IMG/VR virus record: IMGVR_UViG_3300018420_000012
Coordinates: 27,944-91,943 of that record
Reading direction: 5' to 3' (one strand)
Origin: a virus
Length of the DNA stretch: 64,000 nucleotides
Position numbers and translations under genes: made by a program. Each line of letters starts with the position of its first letter. Within the stretch, counting starts at the first letter, position 1. A model generated the notes under the pieces. It saw nothing but the letters and a program-made list of their open reading frames with translations. It had not been told where the DNA came from and did not search any database. Positions 10,308-20,088 of the stretch are shown piece by piece.

Positions 10308-10829
10308 ATGTCGTGGCAAGGTCAAATGGGAACTATTGTTAGATACCTAATCAGCGATGTAGACCCTGACAATTATACTTTTTCGGACCATAGAATAGAG
10401 ACAACCATACTCGTAGCAGCTCAATTATCTCAAATGAGTATTGAGTATAGCCAGTCTTATAATGTGAATGTTGAGAATTGCACACTAGACCCTGACCCAA
10501 CAAATTCAGATAATGAAGATTACTCTTTCATAACTTTGGTTTGTTTGCGTGCAGCGTGTATAATAATAGGAAGTCAGATAAGAAGTGAGTCTGGAAACGC
10601 CATTTCTATCAAAGATGGTCCATCAGCGATAGATTTGCGTGGGGTTACTCAAACACTCACCGTTCTTTATAAAGATTTGTGTGAAAAGTATGAAAAAGCA
10701 GAACTTGATTATAGAGCTGGAAGCAGCATAGCTGGTCAAGCAATCCTTGGTCCTTATAGCCCCGGCTCAGATTATGTGTCGAGGAACAGTCACGGCGGTC
10801 ACAGAGCCGGTGGATATTTCGATTATTAA
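10308..10829 (+). CDS. Putative head-tail adaptor/connector protein
   Basis: 173 aa, helical N-terminus VRYLISD...YTFSD, then a beta-hairpin and a helix; position in the morphogenesis module. Confidence 0.45.
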   Translation: MSWQGQMGTIVRYLISDVDPDNYTFSDHRIETTILVAAQLSQMSIEYSQSYNVNVENCTLDPDPTNSDNEDYSFITLVCLRAACIIIGSQIRSESGNAISIKDGPSAIDLRGVTQTLTVLYKDLCEKYEKAELDYRAGSSIAGQAILGPYSPGSDYVSRNSHGGHRAGGYFDY

Positions 10830-10844
10830 CAGGAGAATTAAACA

Positions 10845-11849
10845 ATGCCTAATCAATTAAATTCAGGCGAAATCATTACGAGTATTCAGGCTGACTTAGC
10901 AGACAATAATGCTGGTCTTATTTCCGCATATGACATTCGTCATAACATGGAAGACATTGCATTTTCCATAAATAAAATTGTAGCGAGTGGAGACACTGAG
11001 ACTGAGTTTCCATTCTTTAATATAGTAAAGGTTAGCAATGTTGATGCTGTCAGTTCTTCAAGCACAACCGCCACAAATGGCGACTTGGTTCTTGAGTCTG
11101 GACTTTTCTTCCCAAACGCACCGGTTAATTCCACCAAGCGGCAGGATCGCCCTTGGCTTGGCGAAGAGAATATCGACCACAATATCTTAGACAATTTAGA
11201 TGCTGGTGATGTTCACACCCAATATTATCACAGGGCGGGCAAAGATGCCCCTAGAGCTGGGTCTAACGCACTGACTGGCAACATGGAAACAGCAGATGTT
11301 TGGATTAACACATCTGGTATCGACGATGTTGGCTTTAAATTTGTTCAAACTAACCCATCAGCTACAGAGCAAGAAATTTATGTTTCTGGAACGATGAGAT
11401 GGGCAAATACTGATAATTCTATTTTAGAAAATGCGAAGGGCGTTGCTAAGGCTTGGGCTTTCTTTAGTGCTAGTGGTAATGGCAATGTCCCAGAAATCTA
11501 CGGTTGGCACAATATTGACAGTATTGCTAGAAAGGGCGAAGCTGGCAAACTAAAAATCACCTTTAGTTCTGGTACTTTTGAAAATAATTTCTTTGTAGCG
11601 ATGGGCACTTCCAACGGAACAACCTCTAGTGGTAATTTGCTGGATATGGATGTAAATTCTGTAGCCTGCATTGCACGATCTGGAGATGACGGGAACATGC
11701 TTAGATCGGTCACTTATGTAATTCAGGATGAGGCTGGTCAATATGTTGACGGTAAAATTTGCACGTTTGTCGCATACGGCTATAGCCCCGGAGAATCTTC
11801 TGGTACTGTTCCTACTATGATTGATGAATCATCAGCACCGACGTTTTAA
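10845..11849 (+). CDS. Fibre/whisker-like virion protein
   Basis: 334 aa, AGGAG SD; H..L.NL...D.HTQY motif and C-terminal AKAW.FF...G...HNI.SI.R...G...ITF fibre-tip-like domain; 10 SG. Confidence 0.55.
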   Translation: MPNQLNSGEIITSIQADLADNNAGLISAYDIRHNMEDIAFSINKIVASGDTETEFPFFNIVKVSNVDAVSSSSTTATNGDLVLESGLFFPNAPVNSTKRQDRPWLGEENIDHNILDNLDAGDVHTQYYHRAGKDAPRAGSNALTGNMETADVWINTSGIDDVGFKFVQTNPSATEQEIYVSGTMRWANTDNSILENAKGVAKAWAFFSASGNGNVPEIYGWHNIDSIARKGEAGKLKITFSSGTFENNFFVAMGTSNGTTSSGNLLDMDVNSVACIARSGDDGNMLRSVTYVIQDEAGQYVDGKICTFVAYGYSPGESSGTVPTMIDESSAPTF

Positions 11850-11865
11850 TCTATAGGAAAAAATA

Positions 11866-14800
11866 ATGTTAAACTTCTTCTTGGCAGATAGAGTAAAAGA
11901 AATATCTTATACTGTTGGTACTGGCCCGCTTCAGCTTGAAGGTGCGGCTGCTGGCTTCAGTGGATTTGATGATATTTTTGCGTCTGGCGATTTAGTATTC
12001 TACGCTGTTACTGATAATGATAAGTATGAAATTGGCTCTGGTATTTATGAAAAAAGCGGCTCGTCAAGAGTTCTTACTCGAAATGTTATTAGAAGTTCTA
12101 ATTTAAATATTGGTCCATACTATGTGGACGGTACAAGTAATCGCGGCCCTACTGATGGTCAGAATGGATATTTTCATCCGTTATGGCTGTCGAGGTCCGC
12201 AGCGGTCAGCGGTGTTGGCCTTACTGATGGGCCATTTAGTGATGTCAGCGGAATCTCGTTCGATGAATTTCCGGGGCAAACTTTTTATTATGTTCCTGAG
12301 TATTTCGGTGCTGCCGAACCTTCTCACTCTGGATTAAGCGGTGTTGATTTTAATGCGTCTGGGAATCCAGTTAGCTTTGTCAACGATGGAGTAAAAGAGG
12401 TATTTGTAACATATCCGGGCAAGACGGCTGTATACAACGCTTACGGTATAGACCCAAGTGTTAAAGAACCACAGAGAAGTGGTATTGCGTTCTGGGAAAA
12501 TGGACAAATTATTAATTATGCATCTGGCATGTCTTGGGACAATGTAGCAGATGCACTTGGCTTCCGCAAGCATAACCCTACTTATGCCATTGATGTTGGT
12601 GGGAATATCGACTACTCAGTAGTTAGAGCTTCCGGTTTTGTTGATGGTGGTTCAGGTATTTTATTCTCTGGTGTTGCTGGTTCATTCTCTGGTGGTCGTC
12701 AGCTAGAGCCATTTCTTAGAAATGTATTAAATAATGAGACTGGTACGGACGCTGTGTTTGAACTGAGCGGCGTGGTAGACCAAGGGATCATGTTCCAAAA
12801 GCAGCTTCCTAGAACTTTCTTTATTGGTCCATCTGGCGAGTGTGGATGCGTTGATGACTACCCCGTGTTCAGAGAATTGGTAGCAAGTGACTTAGACCCT
12901 ATCGTTGCTGATTTACCATTTGTTTCTCAGAACAATGTCGGTATTGGTTCAAATTCAGAATATCCTTTTGTTGTTGGTCAGATCGCAGTATATAGAGCTA
13001 GTGGCGAAATAACTTATGATAGTGGTCTATATTATGACGCTAATAATAATCGTCTCGGTATTAATGGCGTGACCGATGGATATTTGGTTCCAGAGTATGT
13101 ACTGCACGTTAGCGGTGATATGGCTGCACAGTCTGGATATTTTGACCAAGTATTATTTACTGACGACATTATCAGAATTGGCGAAAATGCCGGTACTTAT
13201 CTTGATAATCTATTCGTTGTAAATATTGGCTATAATGCCGGTGCTAATGCTAGTGGCGTAGAAGATGGTGTTATTGTCGGTAGTGGTGCCGGTAACAACC
13301 TAAAAGATTCTGACAAAGTTATTGTAATTGGTAGAAACGCTGGTCAACTCACTAGATATACAGATTCCATCATTGGAATTGGCTCTCAATCCGCTGAAAG
13401 TGCTAGTGGATTATACAATATTACGGCTATTGGCTCTGGTGCTGCTTGGGGAGCTTCTCAGGTAGATCAGAGCTTTATCGCTGGTCCTTTCGCTGGTAGT
13501 GGATTAGAAGAAGCTGAATCCGTTGTGGCTATGGGCTGGAATGTATTAGCGAACGCTTCCGGTGTCACAGATGTTGTAGCTGCTGGTAAAAATGCTCTCA
13601 GGGGTTCACAAACCGTATCAAACGCCCAAGTTGTTGGTGAGTCAGCTGCGAGCGGCTCCTTCAATCTTTCGCAAGTTTCTGCTGTTGGCAATCTTGCGGC
13701 AAACGAAGCGTCTGGCTTGACAAATGTTGTAGCTGTAGGTCAACATTCTGCTAGATACGCTGAGACACTAGACGATGTTGTTGCTATCGGTCGTGCGGCT
13801 GCCCAGTCTGGACTAGAGCTTGGTGACACTGTTGCGGTTGGAACATCTGCTGGATCACAAGCTAGTGGCAATTTCAATATTTACTTTGGTGCTAATGCCG
13901 GTGCTTCACTATCTGGTAATGAGAACATTGAGATTATCGCTTCTGGTTCATCTCTCAGTTTCTTAACAAATGAAGCTAGTGGCAAACTTAATATCGGCAA
14001 TACCATTGTTGGTGATATTTATCAGGGTAGAGTAAAGGTTGGTGCTCCAACTGACGCTTCTCCAGATGCAACCCTTGAGGTTCGCCCAGATAACGCAGAA
14101 GAAATCGGACTACTTGTTCGTCATGTTGGCTCTGGTGGGTCGGAACCTTACTTCGCCCTACAATCCGGTGATGCTACTACATTCTTCCATATTAACAATA
14201 GTGGCGATGTCATCACTAGTGGCTGTGTAAATCCTAGTGGCGGTGTTTTGTTTAACGATATCGTCCCTCAAGACATTACTAATAAACTTTATAATGACGG
14301 CGGTACATTATTCTGGAATGGATCACAGGTAGACACTGCTGGCGGAACCAGTTGGTATCTTAGCAACGACCAGCTAGGTGCGTCTGTTGGGCAAAATATT
14401 ACCACAGATCAAACTGTTACAATTAGTGGTGTTAGTGGTGTTACGATAGACCAGATTGGTAGATATTTGCAAATCTCAGCCGGTGAATTGTCCGGTGTTC
14501 TTCAGCCACAGATAACCAATTCTCTTTATACATTTGATGTTGGTGCTAGTGGTTACGACGCAAACAATAATGACCCCGCAACGATCAATCAGGGTGACAT
14601 AGTTTTACTTTCTGGCGTTAGCGGTGTTCACGTTGATTTTGAAACTAGATACGCTGGTGGTCAACGGTCTGGTATTTTTGTTATTGGTTATGACCCAACC
14701 ATTACCTACGCATTTAATGCTGTAGCTAGTGGAAATGGTGGACAAAACAATACGCCAAAATCAATGGTTAATGATTCCGTTCTTGCTATCTCCGGTGTTA

Positions 14801-16377
14801 GCGGTATTAATATTGACTTTGAGAACCGCTCAGATGGAACAAATGAGAGCGGCGTTTTTGTTCTAGGATTTACCGAAGAATACTGGAGCAAAGCGTCTGG
14901 CGAAGGGAACTACAGCCAGATTTTAGAAAATACAGCCAGTGGACTTGCTATTAGCGGTATCTCTGAGTGGGCATCTGGTGAGTTTGGAAGACTTGGACTT
15001 GGTGGCGGCACCAAGGGTACAAGTGGTATTATCTTCCAAGACGACCATTTGATTCTTGACCCACAAGGTTCTGGTTCACTCGCTAGATTGAATCTTAACG
15101 ACAATAATAGCGTTATTATTCAAACAGAAGATGGTTATGAATTCTTTGGTGGTAATAGTAATTCGGTAATTGTTGGAGAGTCGGCGGGTAGTGGCTCTGT
15201 TGACTTAGACGGTAGCGTTGTGATCGGGAGTGGTGCTGGTCAAAACTCGTACTGTGGCCCGGATGTTTACAGTGGGCCGTGGGCGGGTTCTAATAATGTT
15301 CTTATAGGTAGTAGAGCTGGAGCTTTTAGCAGCGGTGATGCTGCCAACTACGGAAACGTGGTAGCCGTGGGAAATGCGGCTGGTTCTGGCGGTTGGAACG
15401 CAACGGACGGCGTGTTTGTTGGAGGACGTGCGGGCAGCAATATCGAATCATCCACCCAAGCCGTGTGTATTGGTTCGCGAGCTGGTGAAACTTTAATTGA
15501 AAGTCCACGCTCAATATCAATTGGTTGGTATGCCGGAAGAAATGCTTCTGGCATTAACGACTCTGTTAATATTGGATGGAGAGCCGGAAGCTTTTCAGAC
15601 AACTGTACGAACGCAATAAATATCGGCGGCTATGCAGGCTATACCGCTGAAAATAATTCCCAATCTGTAATCTTAGGCGACGAAGCGGGAAGTTATTCAA
15701 ACAATAATTACCGATGTGTTATGGTTGGTTGGGATGCTGGTAGAGAGTCTGCTTCTGGTCAAAACGAAATTTATATAGGTGCAAACGCAGGGTTAAACGC
15801 TTCCGGCGACTCGGCTTATAATATTTACATAGGTCAAGACGCTGGACGAGGAAGAGTCGGCTCAAATTCTATTATGATTCATAAGGGAAATGTTGCAACA
15901 GATAATCTCAAGGCCGACCACGATAGAGATGATTTGCTTGTGATTGGAGACAACATTCTCGGCATCGAAGATTCCTATCTTCATATCGGTTATAGTCTGG
16001 TTAATGATAAGGATCAGTCTTTATTTGGAACTTTAAATACTGCCGCACTCAATCTAACACCTCACAGCACTACAAAATCCGCACTTTACCTAAGACCACT
16101 AAGTAGTCAATCTTCATCATTGATGAAAACAAAAAGCCTGTACGGTGCGACCTACTTTGATACAAATATTATTAATAAAAATGGACAGCTACTTGTTCAA
16201 GTGGCTAATAGCAAATCTGGTAACGAGATTCTTACCACTGGTGGAAGTGTAATACCAAGAGCTACGGCTGGACAGATAGCACTTTATGAGACAGTTTCAA
16301 ATACTGGAATTGCAATTCTTGTTCAGGATGGCGGTGCTTTAACTTGGAGATACCTAGAACTTGGCTTCCTTCCTTAA
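11866..16377 (+). CDS. Long tail fibre with YadA-head-like beta-roll repeats
   Basis: 1503 aa; N-terminal LADRVKE...GTG fibre-attachment domain; two arrays of about 14-aa (V/I)x(I/V)GxxAG repeats; tandem ISGVSG repeats. Confidence 0.7.
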   Translation: MLNFFLADRVKEISYTVGTGPLQLEGAAAGFSGFDDIFASGDLVFYAVTDNDKYEIGSGIYEKSGSSRVLTRNVIRSSNLNIGPYYVDGTSNRGPTDGQNGYFHPLWLSRSAAVSGVGLTDGPFSDVSGISFDEFPGQTFYYVPEYFGAAEPSHSGLSGVDFNASGNPVSFVNDGVKEVFVTYPGKTAVYNAYGIDPSVKEPQRSGIAFWENGQIINYASGMSWDNVADALGFRKHNPTYAIDVGGNIDYSVVRASGFVDGGSGILFSGVAGSFSGGRQLEPFLRNVLNNETGTDAVFELSGVVDQGIMFQKQLPRTFFIGPSGECGCVDDYPVFRELVASDLDPIVADLPFVSQNNVGIGSNSEYPFVVGQIAVYRASGEITYDSGLYYDANNNRLGINGVTDGYLVPEYVLHVSGDMAAQSGYFDQVLFTDDIIRIGENAGTYLDNLFVVNIGYNAGANASGVEDGVIVGSGAGNNLKDSDKVIVIGRNAGQLTRYTDSIIGIGSQSAESASGLYNITAIGSGAAWGASQVDQSFIAGPFAGSGLEEAESVVAMGWNVLANASGVTDVVAAGKNALRGSQTVSNAQVVGESAASGSFNLSQVSAVGNLAANEASGLTNVVAVGQHSARYAETLDDVVAIGRAAAQSGLELGDTVAVGTSAGSQASGNFNIYFGANAGASLSGNENIEIIASGSSLSFLTNEASGKLNIGNTIVGDIYQGRVKVGAPTDASPDATLEVRPDNAEEIGLLVRHVGSGGSEPYFALQSGDATTFFHINNSGDVITSGCVNPSGGVLFNDIVPQDITNKLYNDGGTLFWNGSQVDTAGGTSWYLSNDQLGASVGQNITTDQTVTISGVSGVTIDQIGRYLQISAGELSGVLQPQITNSLYTFDVGASGYDANNNDPATINQGDIVLLSGVSGVHVDFETRYAGGQRSGIFVIGYDPTITYAFNAVASGNGGQNNTPKSMVNDSVLAISGVSGINIDFENRSDGTNESGVFVLGFTEEYWSKASGEGNYSQILENTASGLAISGISEWASGEFGRLGLGGGTKGTSGIIFQDDHLILDPQGSGSLARLNLNDNNSVIIQTEDGYEFFGGNSNSVIVGESAGSGSVDLDGSVVIGSGAGQNSYCGPDVYSGPWAGSNNVLIGSRAGAFSSGDAANYGNVVAVGNAAGSGGWNATDGVFVGGRAGSNIESSTQAVCIGSRAGETLIESPRSISIGWYAGRNASGINDSVNIGWRAGSFSDNCTNAINIGGYAGYTAENNSQSVILGDEAGSYSNNNYRCVMVGWDAGRESASGQNEIYIGANAGLNASGDSAYNIYIGQDAGRGRVGSNSIMIHKGNVATDNLKADHDRDDLLVIGDNILGIEDSYLHIGYSLVNDKDQSLFGTLNTAALNLTPHSTTKSALYLRPLSSQSSSLMKTKSLYGATYFDTNIINKNGQLLVQVANSKSGNEILTTGGSVIPRATAGQIALYETVSNTGIAILVQDGGALTWRYLELGFLP

Positions 16378-16413
16378 TTTTAACTAAGAGAGTAATTAAA
16401 TTGGAGAAAAATA

Positions 16414-16608
16414 ATGTCTGATGTAATAAGGCCAGTAACCACCGCAGCTGCGGGAATACAAAATGGCTCTATCGTCACGCTAGTTTTCGAGACTGGTCAG
16501 AATAACCAAGAAAGAAATCCTGATGTAAATCAGTTTGTGCCTTCTGGAACTATTCAGTCGAGGTTAGACACTAGATTCGATGAGCATTATGGCGGCGGGG
16601 CTTCCTAA
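16414..16608 (+). CDS. Small hypothetical protein
   Basis: 64 aa with GGAG SD, fills the operon gap. Confidence 0.55.
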   Translation: MSDVIRPVTTAAAGIQNGSIVTLVFETGQNNQERNPDVNQFVPSGTIQSRLDTRFDEHYGGGAS

Positions 16609-16622
16609 TATAAAGGTATAAG

Positions 16623-17105
16623 ATGCCAATTAATATTCCAGAGTCAGTATTCGACAAATACTACGATATTATTGATTCCACTATCAATGATATTTTTGGT
16701 GTTGTATGTCAACTTGTTTACATAGAGAAGGTAGAAGAAATTTCTAATACCTACGATAATCTTCCGTCCAGAAAAAGCATCAATGCTCACCGTCAAAAGG
16801 GTGATGGATACAGAAGAGAAAACAAGGTTTACAAAGAGGTCGAAAAGTTTGAAGACGTAAAACTAAAAGTTTACTGGGATAGCAGGAATTGGACAAAGGT
16901 TGGCGGTAATATTGTCATTCCAGATAATAGTATTCAGACGATCTTTTTCGCATCAGACTTAGATAAGATTGTGAGGGCAAAATATCTCATAGCCCATAAA
17001 GAAATTAAAGACCAAAGAGAGTTTAGGTTTTCCAGATTGGGAGAGCCTTTTCCAATGGGTCTTAGACAAAATAGATACTTTGGATGTTTTTGGGAGCGTG
17101 CATAA
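16623..17105 (+). CDS. Putative head-closure/neck protein
   Basis: 160 aa; position in the neck-tail block; beta-rich with C-terminal GCFWER. Confidence 0.4.
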   Translation: MPINIPESVFDKYYDIIDSTINDIFGVVCQLVYIEKVEEISNTYDNLPSRKSINAHRQKGDGYRRENKVYKEVEKFEDVKLKVYWDSRNWTKVGGNIVIPDNSIQTIFFASDLDKIVRAKYLIAHKEIKDQREFRFSRLGEPFPMGLRQNRYFGCFWERA

Positions 17106-17743
17106 TGGCTAGAGTTGGACTGAAGATATTAGAATCCAACAAAAAGATAGAGAAAGAAATGTATCTAGCAATAGCTAATTATATTTCAGGTAAAATTAAT
17201 AGCAATAGAGAAAGAGTGCAAAAAAGACTTCAGGCTCGTATTCCTGAGTGGATTAGAAGTGCAGATGAGATAGTTTCTCTAGAGAGTGATGGTCAGCAGG
17301 GTAGTTTAAATGCTCAATTTGGATTGCGGCCCGGAACCGCATCGTCCGCTACTGATGCTATTATTCAGGCTATAGTTAGCAGTATTGAGGTAGAAGTAGG
17401 TAGAATAGACAAAAGACTTAGAGGTTACATAGTATTTAATTTTCAACCAAACGATTTTAGAAATTTATTGGCCTTACCACAAGGGGTCGTTGTTACAGCC
17501 GCTGGTCAAACAAACCTCGCTTGGCTTGACTGGTTATTAACAGCTGGTGGCAAAGTTATTATCACAAATTATAGTTATGTTCCAGAGATAGGGGGGCGAT
17601 CTGGTGGTGGTACGATGAACGCTGGGGGTGGATGGAGAGTTCCTCCGCTATTCCAAGGTACTACAGATGACAATTTTGTTACTAGGGCATTAAGCAATCG
17701 GGAAAGAGAGATAACGCCAATCTTACAAGGATTACTTGAGTAA
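17105..17743 (+). CDS. Putative neck/tail-completion protein
   Basis: Start placed at ATG 17105 (TAATG overlap) rather than 17084; WLDWLL..G and WRVPP..GT..DNFVTRA motifs; position. Confidence 0.45.
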   Translation: MARVGLKILESNKKIEKEMYLAIANYISGKINSNRERVQKRLQARIPEWIRSADEIVSLESDGQQGSLNAQFGLRPGTASSATDAIIQAIVSSIEVEVGRIDKRLRGYIVFNFQPNDFRNLLALPQGVVVTAAGQTNLAWLDWLLTAGGKVIITNYSYVPEIGGRSGGGTMNAGGGWRVPPLFQGTTDDNFVTRALSNREREITPILQGLLE

Positions 17744-18726
17744 TGTATACTTTTTCACCACTTAAAGGTTTTAATAGCATAAATGATGCTACAGTAACCA
17801 ATCTTATGCAAGATGGGTTGATTGAGTATTTTGACTATGCCCTATTAGATAAGGGTAATTATTACAATGTTGATTTTGGTGAAACAGCCCCGAACGGAGA
17901 AGATTATAGCAGATTAAGACTTTCCTCGAATGACCAGTACGTTTCAGGTCAAGTTTGGGAAGGGTTTAGAGGTAACTGGGTCTGGCAAAGCGGATTGACA
18001 CCAGACGGGAAAACGCCACCAAATGTCGGCACTAATAAAAATTATCCCGGAATTAGCGGTGTCTATGTAAATGGCAATTTTCAACCTACTTCTGGAGAGG
18101 GGACTTATGCTCACTATGTCGATTATTTTAATGGTAGGGTTGTTTTCGACAGTCCAATACCAACTGGATCAACGGTCCAAGCTGAGTTTAGTTACAAATA
18201 CATAAATGTTGTTTACGCCAATAATATGCCTTGGCTTAGAGAGACGCAGAAAAGAACGATGCAGCCAACAGCCAATTTTCTTGGCGTTAGCGAGGGTGCT
18301 TGGGATATGCCCCCAGAGAGTAGACTCCAATTACCAGCAATCGCTATAGAGGCTGTGCCACAAAGAAGGTTTAAAGGATATCAACTTGGTGGTGGTCAAT
18401 GGGTATATTCAGATATTATTTTCCACTGTATAGCAGAGGACGAATATACTAGAAATTTACTACTTGACATAGTTTCTAATCAGAATGATAAAAATATTTT
18501 TATTCCTGATAGTAACATGATTGACAGTAGTGGTGCCTATCCTTTAGACCAAAATGGAACTCCGGTTCCAAGTGCCTTACAGTATCCAGAGCTTATCAAC
18601 GACTACTCTAGAGGGTCTAGAATAAGATTAACAAAAGCTAATATTTCAGATATGTTTATACCACAATCTGAACTTTATGGCGGTACAGTGAGAATGACAG
18701 CAGAGTTGATAAAATCAAATATTTAA
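17743..18726 (+). CDS. Putative tail terminator-like protein
   Basis: 327 aa immediately before the tube gene; QLPAIAIE...YQLGG...DIIFHCIAE...RN.L.D pattern resembles terminator folds. Confidence 0.45.
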   Translation: MYTFSPLKGFNSINDATVTNLMQDGLIEYFDYALLDKGNYYNVDFGETAPNGEDYSRLRLSSNDQYVSGQVWEGFRGNWVWQSGLTPDGKTPPNVGTNKNYPGISGVYVNGNFQPTSGEGTYAHYVDYFNGRVVFDSPIPTGSTVQAEFSYKYINVVYANNMPWLRETQKRTMQPTANFLGVSEGAWDMPPESRLQLPAIAIEAVPQRRFKGYQLGGGQWVYSDIIFHCIAEDEYTRNLLLDIVSNQNDKNIFIPDSNMIDSSGAYPLDQNGTPVPSALQYPELINDYSRGSRIRLTKANISDMFIPQSELYGGTVRMTAELIKSNI

Positions 18727-18730
18727 GGTT

Positions 18731-18742
18731 TTTGTGTATAAT
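18731..18742 (+). promoter_or_regulatory. Putative late promoter motif TTTGTGTATAAT (copy 2)
   Basis: Identical to the copies at 4106 and 52842; about 45 nt upstream of the probable major tail protein gene with an AGGAG SD. Confidence 0.7.
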
Positions 18743-18785
18743 TTACTAGAAAAAATATTTTTTCCATGAACAGGAGAGATTCCAA

Positions 18786-19964
18786 ATGAGTACAAATCAA
18801 AGAATTTTCTATGCATGTCAAGCGGTCAGTCTAGAAAATGACGGCAATGTTGCCGCTCTAACCGATAGTAACATGATCCACGGCCTACAAAGCATTGGTA
18901 TCACCACCAACTTTAATCTTGAGCAGGCTTTTGAACTTGGTCAGATCGAAATCTATGAAAACATCGAGGGCACTCCAGATATTGAGGTTACTCTCGAAAA
19001 GGTTTTGGATGGCTATCCGTTGATTTATCATATGGCAAGTAGTGGGGTCGGAGCAACTGCCGCCAGCGGACTAGCTGCTAGATCAAAAGAAAAATGTACT
19101 CTTAGACTTGGTATCTTCCCAGAAGAATTTAATAATGTAGATCAGGGCAGTGCTAACGCCGAGGTTGAAGTTGAGTGCTCTGGAATGTTCATTTCAAGTA
19201 TCTCATATTCAATTCCAAGTGAAGGTAGCATGACAGAATCTGTTACTCTTGTTGGAAACAATAAAAGATGGCTAAGAGGTACTAGCAATACTAAAATCAT
19301 TGCAGCAGCTGTTGATGCGTTTGATGGTAACGACGCACCATTAGCACAAGGCGTAACGGGTTCAGCTTCTGGTGGTATTCAAAGACGAGAAGACGTTCTA
19401 TTGTCTGGTTCGATTTTACCAGTATCAATTGACGGTGTTGTTGGTAGTGGATACTCCAACGCTCTCGATAGTAACGGATCACCAAGGATTCATATTCAAA
19501 GTATTTCAATTAGCACCGACTTTTCGCGTGACGATATTTTAGAACTCGGCAGAAAGACCCCTTACTATCGTCCTGCTAACTTCCCAGTCGAAGTTACTTG
19601 TGAAATCGAAGCCATTACAGCTTCTGGTGACTTTATTGATGCATATGAAACTGGTGATCCAGACCTCAACGCAACTATCGACTCTGGTAATAACCTAACC
19701 AATGACCCAATCTTTATTCTCACAAGAGCTGGTTACGCTTGGGATTTAGGCAACAAGAACAAGATTAGCTCTGTTTCCTACGGTGGGGGTGATGCTGGCG
19801 GTGGTAATGCAAGCTGTACTTATAGTTACACTAACTTTAACGCCCTTGATGTTCAACATAGACGAAATGGCTATGTTGGCTTTAACTGGCTAAATGATGG
19901 TGCTGCTGACATTGGTCAGGGTACTTTCCCACCTAACTTATTAACCGGTGGTCAGAACGACTAA
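18786..19964 (+). CDS. Probable major tail tube protein
   Basis: 392 aa; own promoter motif and strong SD; duplicated tube-like motifs (GLQSIGITTNFNLEQAFELGQ / IQSISISTDFSRDDILELGR); upstream of chaperone-like genes and the TMP. Confidence 0.65.
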   Translation: MSTNQRIFYACQAVSLENDGNVAALTDSNMIHGLQSIGITTNFNLEQAFELGQIEIYENIEGTPDIEVTLEKVLDGYPLIYHMASSGVGATAASGLAARSKEKCTLRLGIFPEEFNNVDQGSANAEVEVECSGMFISSISYSIPSEGSMTESVTLVGNNKRWLRGTSNTKIIAAAVDAFDGNDAPLAQGVTGSASGGIQRREDVLLSGSILPVSIDGVVGSGYSNALDSNGSPRIHIQSISISTDFSRDDILELGRKTPYYRPANFPVEVTCEIEAITASGDFIDAYETGDPDLNATIDSGNNLTNDPIFILTRAGYAWDLGNKNKISSVSYGGGDAGGGNASCTYSYTNFNALDVQHRRNGYVGFNWLNDGAADIGQGTFPPNLLTGGQND

Positions 19965-19985
19965 TAGTTTAATTATTATTTGGAA

Positions 19986-20034
19986 AACCCCGACTCTGCG
20001 TTAGCGAACAGGATAGCGAGTAGGGTTGGGGGTT
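19986..20034 (+). other. Long intergenic RNA stem-loop
   Basis: AACCCCGACTCTGC pairs with GTAGGGTTGGGGGTT using G-U pairs that work only on the + strand; no U-tract follows. Confidence 0.55.
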
Positions 20035-20088
20035 ATGGAAGGAAATATATGAATAAAATAACATACTCCCGTTGTCGTGAGAATTCGT

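Noticed and set aside
14520-14875. Fibre tandem repeats as a DGR template/variable repeat pair
   Set aside because: Similarity is at protein level and highly diverged in DNA, not adenine-specific; no reverse transcriptase in the window.
20002-20014. TAGCGAACAGGAT matches a conserved 16S rRNA helix-24 segment
   Set aside because: Only 13 nt with unrelated flanks; a match of this length to somewhere in 16S is expected by chance in 64 kb.
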